A stretch of 34,831 nucleotides of DNA, taken from Candidatus Nealsonbacteria bacterium. Lineage in GTDB: Bacteria; Patescibacteriota; Minisyncoccia; Minisyncoccales; RBG-13-42-11. The notes under the pieces were generated by a model. The model saw nothing but the letters and a program-made list of their open reading frames with translations. It was not told where the DNA came from and searched no databases. Numbering within the stretch: the stretch's first letter is position 1; every line of letters starts with the position of its first letter. Location: NCBI GenBank assembly GCA_026396095.1, contig JAPLXK010000009.1, forward strand, positions 1 to 34,831. The letters run 5' to 3'. The translations under genes and the position numbers were made by a program. Below are positions 27,352 to 34,831 of the stretch, piece by piece.

Positions 27352-28341
27352 ATGTCACAATTCAATTATTCAAAAATTTGTTCTGAGCTTTTAAAGAATT
27401 TGTCGGAAAGGCAGAAAACGGTTTTAAGCCGTCGTTTTTCTATTTCCCCCAAAGACAATAAGGGCGAGGGAGAGACCCTGGACTCAATAGGCAAAAGCTT
27501 TGGCGTAACCAGGGAAAGGGTTCGCCAGATTGAAAATGATGCTTTTTCAAAAATAAGGCCGGAGATTAAAAAATATCCGGAAGTTTTTCAATACTTTAAG
27601 CAGTATTTAAAAAACAAAGGGGGAACAAGCAGGGAGGATTTGCTCTTGGAACAATTGGCCGGAAAAGATGAAAAAAATCAAGTTTCTTTTTTGCTTAACC
27701 TTAATCAGGACTTTATAAGATTTTCCGAAACTCCTGATTTTTATCCCTTTTGGGCGATTGAAAAAGACGCTTTTTCCACGGTTAAAAAAACCATTAATTT
27801 CCTCCAAGCAGAATTAAAAAAGATCGGAAAGCCGGTCCAGTTGAAAGACCTGAAAGAAGCGAAAGAGCTCGGCCCGAACACTCTTTCTTCTTATCTGGAA
27901 ATATCCAAGAAGATTCAGAACAATCCTGAGGGTTTGTGGGGGATGAAAGATTGGCCGGAAATAAATCCCAGGGGAATAAAGAACAAGGCATTCTTGGTTT
28001 TTAAAAAAGAACAGAAACCTCTTCACTTTACTGCCGTTGCCCAGCTTATCGGATTGGCGCTTCCTCAGACTGTCCATAATGAACTGATCAAAGATCAGAG
28101 GTTTGTTTTGGTCGGAAGAGGCCTTTATGCCCTGAAAGAATGGGGGTATGAAGAAGGAGCGGTAAAAGACGTCATCGCCAAGATTTTAAAAGAATCTAAA
28201 AAACCACTGAACAAGGAGGAGATTCTAGAAAAAACCCTGAAACAGAGATTTGTTAAAGCCAATACGGTTTTACTTAATTTGAGCAACAGAAAAAACTTTT
28301 TAAAAACAAACGAAGGATACTACACAGTTCAAGAATCTTAA
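27352..28341 (+). CDS. Sigma70 region-4 HTH protein with C-terminal winged-HTH (HARE-HTH/RpoE-delta-like) domains
   Basis: LSERQ..VL.RRF...TL..IG..FGVTRERVRQIE; HNELIKDQRFVLVGRGLYALKEW; no sigma region 2 visible. Confidence 0.8.
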   Translation: MSQFNYSKICSELLKNLSERQKTVLSRRFSISPKDNKGEGETLDSIGKSFGVTRERVRQIENDAFSKIRPEIKKYPEVFQYFKQYLKNKGGTSREDLLLEQLAGKDEKNQVSFLLNLNQDFIRFSETPDFYPFWAIEKDAFSTVKKTINFLQAELKKIGKPVQLKDLKEAKELGPNTLSSYLEISKKIQNNPEGLWGMKDWPEINPRGIKNKAFLVFKKEQKPLHFTAVAQLIGLALPQTVHNELIKDQRFVLVGRGLYALKEWGYEEGAVKDVIAKILKESKKPLNKEEILEKTLKQRFVKANTVLLNLSNRKNFLKTNEGYYTVQES

Positions 28342-28350
28342 AAAATTATT

Positions 28351-29664
28351 ATGGAGAATAGTTTCTCTTTATTCTTAACAGCAGTTTTGCAAATATTGAA
28401 AAACTGGTGGTGGCTTCCATTGCCCTTTATCTTATGGAAGCCTTTTTTATTTCAATACAGGTTTTGGAAGGTCAATGAATGGCTGAAGAAGCGGGAGTCA
28501 GTATCTCTGGAGATAATGCTGCCCAAAGAGGTCTTGAAGCCGATAAGAGCCATGGAGTCGGTGATAGCGGGAATCGGCGCTGCTATTTACAAGCCGCCGG
28601 ACTGGTGGGAAACCTGGGTGGACGGCGAGGTCCAGCTTAACATTCACTTGGAGCTTGTTTCCATAGACGGAAACCCCCATTTTTACATCAGAGTTCCAGC
28701 TTCTCTCAAACAGGCGACGGAATCAACCATATATGCACAGTTCCCTGAAGCGGAAATAAAAGTTGTTGAAGATTACGTGAAAATGGTTCCCCAAAACATT
28801 CCCAATAAGGATTGGGATCTTTTCGGCTCAGATTACAAATTATTGAGAGATGATGCTTATCCCATAAAAACCTATCCGGAATTTGAAACAGAACACGAAG
28901 CCAAAGAAGAAAAAAGAATAGACCCGATTGCCGCCCTGATGGAGGCTTTTGCCAAAATGCAGCCGGGGGAGCAGTTTTGGGTTCAGATTTCTTTCGAGCC
29001 GATGGGCGACGATCCGCCCAATTCCACAAACCTGAGCGATTTTGTGAATAAGGCTAAAAAACTGAGGGATAAGCTGGCCATGAGGCCGGAAAAGGCGGTG
29101 AAAACAAAACCGATAATCCAGGGAGTGGCAGAAATATTGATTCACGGACAAACGGAAGAGCTGGCGAAAGAGAAAGAAATGTTTCCGCCGGAAATGAGGC
29201 TTACTCCCGGAGAAAGGGATATCGTGGCCGCTATAGAGGCCAAAATATCCAAACCTCTCTTTAAAACCAATATCAGGTTTATTTATCTCGGCCCTAAAAA
29301 AGTCTGGGTCAAGGGAAACTTCAGGTACATCTTCACTTTCTTTAACCAATTCATGACCGTAAACCGCAACGGATTGATTCCTGTCGGCAAAACAATCACA
29401 AAGATCCACAAGTCATGGTTTTTGCCCTTGAACCTTATCCAGAAGAGAAGGCAGTATATGAGGTGCAGAAAATTATTCAAGAACTATGTAAGAAGGGTTT
29501 CTCCATATTTTCCCAAGCCAGGAGGCACTTTCATGCTCAACACTGAAGAGCTCGCCACTCTGTTCCATTTCCCGGGAAAAACGGTTGTTCCTACTCCGAG
29601 CGTTTCAAGGGTGGAAGCCAAGAAAGGAGGAACATCTTCTTTGGACTTGCCAACAGAAGAATAG
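28351..29664 (+). CDS. Membrane-anchored hypothetical protein associated with the coupling-protein-like ATPase
   Basis: N-terminal TM, LEI..P, IYAQFPEAEI, YPIKTY..F, ELATLFHFP; 17 nt upstream of the ATPase. Confidence 0.65.
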   Translation: MENSFSLFLTAVLQILKNWWWLPLPFILWKPFLFQYRFWKVNEWLKKRESVSLEIMLPKEVLKPIRAMESVIAGIGAAIYKPPDWWETWVDGEVQLNIHLELVSIDGNPHFYIRVPASLKQATESTIYAQFPEAEIKVVEDYVKMVPQNIPNKDWDLFGSDYKLLRDDAYPIKTYPEFETEHEAKEEKRIDPIAALMEAFAKMQPGEQFWVQISFEPMGDDPPNSTNLSDFVNKAKKLRDKLAMRPEKAVKTKPIIQGVAEILIHGQTEELAKEKEMFPPEMRLTPGERDIVAAIEAKISKPLFKTNIRFIYLGPKKVWVKGNFRYIFTFFNQFMTVNRNGLIPVGKTITKIHKSWFLPLNLIQKRRQYMRCRKLFKNYVRRVSPYFPKPGGTFMLNTEELATLFHFPGKTVVPTPSVSRVEAKKGGTSSLDLPTEE

Positions 29665-29681
29665 CATTCTTTTAAATAATT

Positions 29682-31304
29682 ATGTCAGAAAATATTAATT
29701 TTTTTGCTGAAACAACCTTCAGAAACCAGAGGAAGAAATTTGGAATAAAAACCGACGACAGGCGTCGGCATATGTATTTTATCGGCAAGACCGGCATGGG
29801 TAAAACCGCTGCCATGGAAAACATGGCCATTCAGGATATAAAAGACGGCAAGGGAATAGGGTTCGTTGATCCTCACGGAGAAGCGGCCGAAGGGCTTCTT
29901 GAGCATGTTCCTTCAAGCAGGATAAACGACGTGATTTATTTTAATCCTTCAGACGTTAATTTTCCCGTTGCTTTTAACATTATGGAAAATGTCGGCTTGG
30001 AGCACCGTCATTTGGTGGCTTCGGGCATGATGGGAGTTTTTAAAAAAATCTGGCCCGATGTCTGGTCGGCCAGAATGGAATATATTTTAAACAATTGTAT
30101 TTTAGCGCTTTTGGAATATCCAGGATCAACGCTTCTGGGAGTGAACAGAATGCTTGCGGATCCTGATTACAGGAAAAAAATCGTGGACAAGGTAACCGAT
30201 CCGGTTATCAAATCATTCTGGGTCCAGGAGTTTGCCAGATACAACCAAAGATACGAGATAGAGGCAACGGCTGCCATTCAGAACAAGATAGGCCAGTTTA
30301 TTTCCAATCCTTTGATAAGAAATATCATCGGCCAGGTCAGTTCCAGCATTGACATGAGAAAGGTGATGGATGAAAAGAAGATTTTGATTTTAAACTTATC
30401 AAAAGGAAAAATCGGAGAGGATAATTCCAGGCTTTTGGGCGCTCTTTTAATCACCAAGCTGCAGCTGGCGGCCATGTCCAGGGTGGATATTCCTGAAGAG
30501 AAAAGGCAGGATTTTTTCCTTTATGTCGACGAGTTCCAGAATTTCGCCACGGAATCTTTTACCAATATTTTGTCTGAAGCCAGGAAATACCGCTTGGCCC
30601 TGATTTTAGGGCACCAATATATAAGCCAGATGGAAGAAGAGGTCAGGGATGCGGTTTTTGGCAATATGGGGACGCTCGTTTCTTTCAGGGTAGGAGCCGA
30701 GGACGCCGAATTTTTGGAAAAGGAATTCGCCCCCGAGTTTACTGCCAACGATTTGGTAAACCTGGCCAAATACAACATCTATTTGAAGCTGATGATTGAC
30801 GGGATAACAAGCTCCGCTTTTTCTGCCCAAACCCTGGTACCCTTTGCCAAGCTGGCAAACTCAAATAAGGAAAAGATTATTAAAATTTCCCGTGAAAGAT
30901 ACAATGTTTCCAGGGAAATCATAGAAGAAAAAATCAGCAAATGGACGGGAGACTTAAAAACAACGGAAACCAAACATCAAATCAGCCAGGTGCTTTATGA
31001 CGCCAAGTGTTCTGCCTGTGGCAAGCAAACCAAGGTAATCTTTCCTCCGGACGGTACAAGGCCGGTTTATTGCAAGTCTTGTTTAAAAGAAAAAAGAGAA
31101 GAGCATCTTGCCCCGGCAACAAAACCGAACATTTCTCTTCATGATGCGGTTCAAAAAGTGCCTATTTCTTTTTCTCCCAAAAAAAACTTTGAAGAAAATA
31201 AGCCCAAAAGAAAAGAGGTGAATTTAGAAGAATTAAAAAAGGTTTTGGAAGAATCATTAAAAGACGTAGAAAACAGTCAAAAAGAAGATGAAAACAATAA
31301 ATGA
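29682..31304 (+). CDS. VirD4/TrwB/HerA-like ATPase with C-terminal CxxC-x17-CxxC zinc ribbon
   Basis: Walker A GKTGMGKT, DPHG, Walker B LYVDEFQNF, SEARKY, HQ, GN; CSAC-x17-CKSC at 31008-31082. Confidence 0.85.
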   Translation: MSENINFFAETTFRNQRKKFGIKTDDRRRHMYFIGKTGMGKTAAMENMAIQDIKDGKGIGFVDPHGEAAEGLLEHVPSSRINDVIYFNPSDVNFPVAFNIMENVGLEHRHLVASGMMGVFKKIWPDVWSARMEYILNNCILALLEYPGSTLLGVNRMLADPDYRKKIVDKVTDPVIKSFWVQEFARYNQRYEIEATAAIQNKIGQFISNPLIRNIIGQVSSSIDMRKVMDEKKILILNLSKGKIGEDNSRLLGALLITKLQLAAMSRVDIPEEKRQDFFLYVDEFQNFATESFTNILSEARKYRLALILGHQYISQMEEEVRDAVFGNMGTLVSFRVGAEDAEFLEKEFAPEFTANDLVNLAKYNIYLKLMIDGITSSAFSAQTLVPFAKLANSNKEKIIKISRERYNVSREIIEEKISKWTGDLKTTETKHQISQVLYDAKCSACGKQTKVIFPPDGTRPVYCKSCLKEKREEHLAPATKPNISLHDAVQKVPISFSPKKNFEENKPKRKEVNLEELKKVLEESLKDVENSQKEDENNK

Positions 31305-32370
31305 TTTTGACCTAAGAGAAAAAAAAGTTTTAGTCCGATGCGATTTTAATGTTCCTCTTGACGAGCAGGGAAATATTCTTGATGATTTTAAAATAAAAGA
31401 AACACTTCCCACAATTAAATATCTTATCCAAAACGAGGTTAAGGTTATTCTGATGAGCCACTTGGGTGATCCCGAGGGGGAGATGAGGGAAGACCTAAGA
31501 ATGGAGCCGATAAGAAAAAAATTAGTCCAGCTTTTGGGCTCGGAAGTTTTGATGGCTCCCGACTGCGTCGGGAAAAAAGTTGAAAAAATGGTTGAAGAAA
31601 TGAAGGAGGGAGAAGTTTTACTTTTGGAAAACCTTAGATTCAATAAAGGAGAAGAAGAAAACAGCGATAGTTTTTCCAAAGACCTGGCAAAGCTGGCAGA
31701 TATATATATTAACGACGCTTTCGGCACCTGCCATCGTGAGCACGCCTCAATTTTAGGGGTGGCGAAACTGCTTCCGGCCGGAGCAGGACTATTATTGGAA
31801 AAAGAAATTACAACCCTGAAAAAAATGATGGAAAACCCGGCAAAGCCTTTGATTGCGATTATCGGCGGGGAAAAAGTGGAGACAAAGGCAAGATTCATAA
31901 ATAAGATTTCCGAAATCGCTGATTTTATCCTTATCAGCGGCTTGATTAAAAAAGAAATAGAAGAAAAGAGTCCGATATTAAGCCATGCGGAAAAAATCAT
32001 TAAGCCGGTTGACGAGTGCGAAAGAGGGAGAGACATAGGACCCAAAACAATAGAGATTTTTAAGGAGAAGATAAAAACAGCAAAAACAGTTTTTTGGAAC
32101 GGTCCGTTCGGAAAAACGGAAGAAGAGGAGTTTTCCAGAGGAACACAAGAAATAGCCAATGCAATTATTGAAAGCAAGGCATTTTCAGTGGTCGGGGGAG
32201 GGGAAACAGTGGAATTTTTAAGCAAGCTTAATCTTCTTTCAAAATTCAACCACGTTTCCACGGGAGGAGGAGCGATGCTAAGCTTTCTGTCAGGAGAAGA
32301 ATTGCCCGGTCTCGAGGCCTTGAAGTGGCATCCGAGTTTGTCTAAAAAACAGGTTTTTTCCGACCAGTAA
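31288..32370 (+). CDS. pgk: Phosphoglycerate kinase (compact form)
   Basis: RCDFNVP, SHLG.P, LENLRF, NDAFG..HR.HAS, WNGP.G, VGGG, HVSTGGGA. Confidence 0.95.
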   Translation: MKTINDFDLREKKVLVRCDFNVPLDEQGNILDDFKIKETLPTIKYLIQNEVKVILMSHLGDPEGEMREDLRMEPIRKKLVQLLGSEVLMAPDCVGKKVEKMVEEMKEGEVLLLENLRFNKGEEENSDSFSKDLAKLADIYINDAFGTCHREHASILGVAKLLPAGAGLLLEKEITTLKKMMENPAKPLIAIIGGEKVETKARFINKISEIADFILISGLIKKEIEEKSPILSHAEKIIKPVDECERGRDIGPKTIEIFKEKIKTAKTVFWNGPFGKTEEEEFSRGTQEIANAIIESKAFSVVGGGETVEFLSKLNLLSKFNHVSTGGGAMLSFLSGEELPGLEALKWHPSLSKKQVFSDQ

Positions 32371-32398
32371 ATTCAATAAAGCTAATAATTATTAAAAG

Positions 32399-32415
32399 CC
32401 CCGCCTTGGGCGGGG
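32399..32415. repeat. Short GC hairpin between pgk and the DHH gene
   Basis: CCCCGCC-TTG-GGCGGGG, perfect 7-bp stem. Confidence 0.5.
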
Positions 32416-32423
32416 AATTATTT

Positions 32424-33614
32424 ATGAAGGATAACCTTTCAAACTTTCCCGGCGTCATTGGCGATAAAGACAGGGACATTAAGAATTTAAAAAAAGCAGC
32501 TCAAAGAATATTAAAAGCCATCAGCGATCAGGAAAGAATTATTATTTACGGGGATACGGATGTGGACGGGGTGACCTCGGTGATAATCTTAGAGGAAACA
32601 ATCAAAAGCTTAGGCGGGAAAATTTCCGCCGTCTATTTTCCCGACCGTGATATCGACGGCTATGGAATAAACGAAACAGGGTTGAAGATTTTAAAAGAAC
32701 ACAGCCCCGCTTTGTTGATTTCCGTAGATTTCGGGGTGACTAATTACAAAGAAGTCAATTCGGCGAAAAAAATGGGCTTTAAGGTGATGATTATCGATCA
32801 TCATGAAGTTTTAGGAAAACTTCCCAAAGCAGAGGTTATTGTCGACCCTAAGCAGAAAGGAGACAAATATCCTTTCAAGGGGTTGTCGGCAGCAGGAGTG
32901 GTTTTCAAGCTTTCAGAATGTCTTTTCAAAGATAAATTGGCCGGAGCTTTAAAAAATAATTTTTTAGAGCTAACAGCCCTCTCTACTATTGCCGATATGA
33001 TGCCGCGGGAATCGGAAAACAAGTTTTTTATCGAGGAAGGATTGGCTTCTTTGAAAAATTCTTTCAGGCCGGGAGTCAAAGTTTTTTTCGAAAACGATTA
33101 TTTTAAAGACGTTTCCGATTTTTCCCAAAAAGTTTTTAAAATTCTTTCTATTCTCAATGTCAGAGACGTTAAGAATGGCTTGCCGGCAAGCTTTCGTTTA
33201 TTGACCGTATCTTCCGTCGAAGAGGCGGAAAAAATAGTCATAGAGCTTTTGGAGAAGCATAAAATTACAAGAGAGAAGATAGAAAAAACAGTCGAGGAAA
33301 TAGAGGAAAATTCGTTAAAACAAAAAGAGCCTATTATTTTTGACGGAAAAGAAAGTTTTGAATCGGCTCTGTTAAGCCCGGCTGCTTCAATACTCTGCCA
33401 AAAATACAAAAAACCAACTTTTCTTTTCAGGAAAATGGAAAAGGAGAGCCAGGGCACGATAAGAACGCCAAAAAATGTCAACAGCCTCGATATGCTTAGA
33501 AAATGTTCAAAGCATCTTTTAAGCTTCGGCGGCCATGCCCAAGCTTCCGGGTTCAGGGTGAAAAACAAAAATATTAATAACTTAAAAAAGTGTTTAATTA
33601 AAAACTCAAAATGA
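32424..33614 (+). CDS. recJ: RecJ-like DHH/DHHA1 nuclease (short form)
   Basis: YGDTDVDG, P.R..DGYG, VDFG, IDHH, TIADMM, FGGHAQASG. Start moved to ATG 32424. Confidence 0.8.
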   Translation: MKDNLSNFPGVIGDKDRDIKNLKKAAQRILKAISDQERIIIYGDTDVDGVTSVIILEETIKSLGGKISAVYFPDRDIDGYGINETGLKILKEHSPALLISVDFGVTNYKEVNSAKKMGFKVMIIDHHEVLGKLPKAEVIVDPKQKGDKYPFKGLSAAGVVFKLSECLFKDKLAGALKNNFLELTALSTIADMMPRESENKFFIEEGLASLKNSFRPGVKVFFENDYFKDVSDFSQKVFKILSILNVRDVKNGLPASFRLLTVSSVEEAEKIVIELLEKHKITREKIEKTVEEIEENSLKQKEPIIFDGKESFESALLSPAASILCQKYKKPTFLFRKMEKESQGTIRTPKNVNSLDMLRKCSKHLLSFGGHAQASGFRVKNKNINNLKKCLIKNSK

Positions 33615-34054
33615 AAAAAATAATAATTTACACGGACGGAGGTTCGCGTGGCAATCCCGGCCGGGCGGCAATAGGGGTTGTTTTTTGCAACGAAAAAGGT
33701 CAGGTTTGCAAAAAATATTCTGATTACTTAGGGGATAACCTGACCAACAACGAAGCAGAATACCAGGCGGTTGTTTTCGCTCTCCAAAAATTCAAGGCTC
33801 TTTTCGGAAAGAAGCTGGCCGAAAGCAGCGAGGTTGAAATGAGGATGGATTCAGAATTATTGGTTAAGCAGCTAAACGGGGAATACAAAGTTTTGGAGCC
33901 CAAAATACAAGAATTATTTTTAAAGGTTTGGAATTTAAAAATTGATTTTCAAAAAGTCAGGTTTAATTTTATTCCCAGGGAAAGGAATAAAGAAGCAGAT
34001 GCCTTGGTCAACGAATGCCTTGATAGCCAGAGCAGGGTGCAGAAATTAATTTAA
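33611..34054 (+). CDS. rnhA: Ribonuclease HI family protein
   Basis: YTDGGSRGNPG, TNNEAEY, DSELLV.Q..G.Y, RE.N.EAD. Confidence 0.93.
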   Translation: MKKIIIYTDGGSRGNPGRAAIGVVFCNEKGQVCKKYSDYLGDNLTNNEAEYQAVVFALQKFKALFGKKLAESSEVEMRMDSELLVKQLNGEYKVLEPKIQELFLKVWNLKIDFQKVRFNFIPRERNKEADALVNECLDSQSRVQKLI

Positions 34055-34065
34055 AAGAATTTAAA

Positions 34066-34100
34066 AACAAAAAAACCGCTTATCTGGCGGATTTTTTGTT
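34066..34100. terminator. Bidirectional intrinsic terminator between rnhA and rnpB
   Basis: A-tract, CCGCT/GGCGG stem, T-tract between convergent genes. Confidence 0.8.
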
Positions 34101-34434
34101 GTCCCGGCAAGTCTGTAAGCCGAATTCTGTCCTTTGCTTTTGGCAAAGGGGCGACTATCTGTCTGGGCCCTTGATTACTCTCGGGCTCGAGCGAACTACT
34201 TTTGCGCCAAATAAGGATTTAGCCGTTTCATTTTAAAGATTGCTCTTTAAACTCACCCCCTAACGGGGTGCCCGAATCCTTTCGGACTCCGGCGTCTCTG
34301 TTCGCACCTCTAACCTTTCGGTCGACGGCTGTTAGCCGCTACTATTTTATCCTCTTTTTAAAGAGGAGGGTGTTCGGACTTTCCTCCCTCTTTTAATAAG
34401 ATTAAAAGGGGGCAATCGCCCGACTTACCGGGAC
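34101..34434 (-). ncRNA. rnpB: RNase P RNA
   Basis: On the - strand: P1 GTCCCGGTAAGTC/GACTTGCCGGGAC, GAGGAAAGTCCG, ACAGAATTCGGCTTA, ACAGA.AC and TGAAAC conserved regions. Confidence 0.96.
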
Positions 34435-34440
34435 GACTAT

Positions 34441-34468
34441 ATTATAGCGGACGATTCAATTATGTCAA
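34441..34468 (-). promoter_or_regulatory. rnpB promoter
   Basis: Consensus TTGACA-16 nt-TATAAT on the - strand, 6 nt before the P1 start. Confidence 0.85.
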
Positions 34469-34557
34469 ACTTGATAATATTTTTTTTCAGCCTAATTAAT
34501 GGCTGGTTTATTTTTTGCCAAATTAGAAAAATAAGATAGAATACGCTTATAAAGAAA

Positions 34558-34831
34558 ATGTTAAAGCGCTTTTTTAATTTTCAAACAAAGAGCATTACCT
34601 CAGCCGCTTTTTTAGTCGGTTTTTCTACCGTAGCTAGCGGATTTCTAGGCTTAATAAGAGACAGGCTTTTGGCCGGCAGGTTCGGCGCAGGCGCAGAACT
34701 TGACGTTTATTTTGCCGCCTTTCGCATTCCCGATTTCGTTTACGGTATTTTGATTATGGGCGGCATTGCCGCGGTTTTTTTGCCGGTTTTTTCCGAATAT
34801 TTCAAGAAAAGCGAAAAAGAGGCTTGGGAAT
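34558..34831 (+). CDS. murJ: Lipid II flippase MurJ/MviN (3' partial)
   Basis: Manual translation: MLKRFF...LGLIRDRLLAGRFGAGAELDVYFAAFRIPD...AVFLPVF; open to the window end, not in the ORF track. Confidence 0.92.
   Translation, partial: MLKRFFNFQTKSITSAAFLVGFSTVASGFLGLIRDRLLAGRFGAGAELDVYFAAFRIPDFVYGILIMGGIAAVFLPVFSEYFKKSEKEAWE

Noticed and set aside
31257-32261. 334-aa antisense ORF
   Set aside because: Lies almost entirely opposite pgk, is Ser/Phe/Ile-rich with no motifs; a shadow ORF.
32326-32370. PGK C-terminal tail after LEALK
   Set aside because: Short variable extension, possibly a lost stop; no function evident.
174-33568. Other short antisense or out-of-frame ORFs in the track
   Set aside because: All overlap well-supported + strand genes and show no recognisable motifs.
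1-34831. CRISPR array, IS, prophage, integron or alternative genetic code
   Set aside because: No spaced direct repeats, transposase, integrase or attC seen; TGA ends complete genes (8439, 9037, 10023, 18971).

Overview
AT-rich, densely packed bacterial window. Gene content and SD-less starts suggest Patescibacteria/CPR, Parcubacteria-like (inference). TGA is used as stop, so code 11. All credible CDSs are on the + strand. 1-16204 is a surface-glycosylation locus: NDP-sugar C-methyltransferase, a frameshifted GT2-methyltransferase fusion, two GT-C-fold membrane transferases, an ArnE/F-like flippase, GT2s, a B12 radical SAM enzyme, PglC-like transferase, an orphan TPP E1 alpha/beta pair, DegT aminotransferase, PglF-like dehydratase and an O-antigen-ligase/TPR protein. 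16205-17470 holds murB flanked by three short promoter-hairpin-U-tract units that share complementary segments (candidate unannotated small RNAs). Then follow an MBOAT/SGNH pair, secA, a small Cys protein, NUDIX, homospermidine synthase, secDF, a sigma-region-4/RpoE-like HTH protein, a membrane-anchored unknown plus VirD4/TrwB-like ATPase with a Zn ribbon, pgk, a short RecJ-like DHH nuclease, RNase HI, a structurally reduced RNase P RNA (- strand) and the start of murJ. All calls are from motif recognition by eye; no searches were run.
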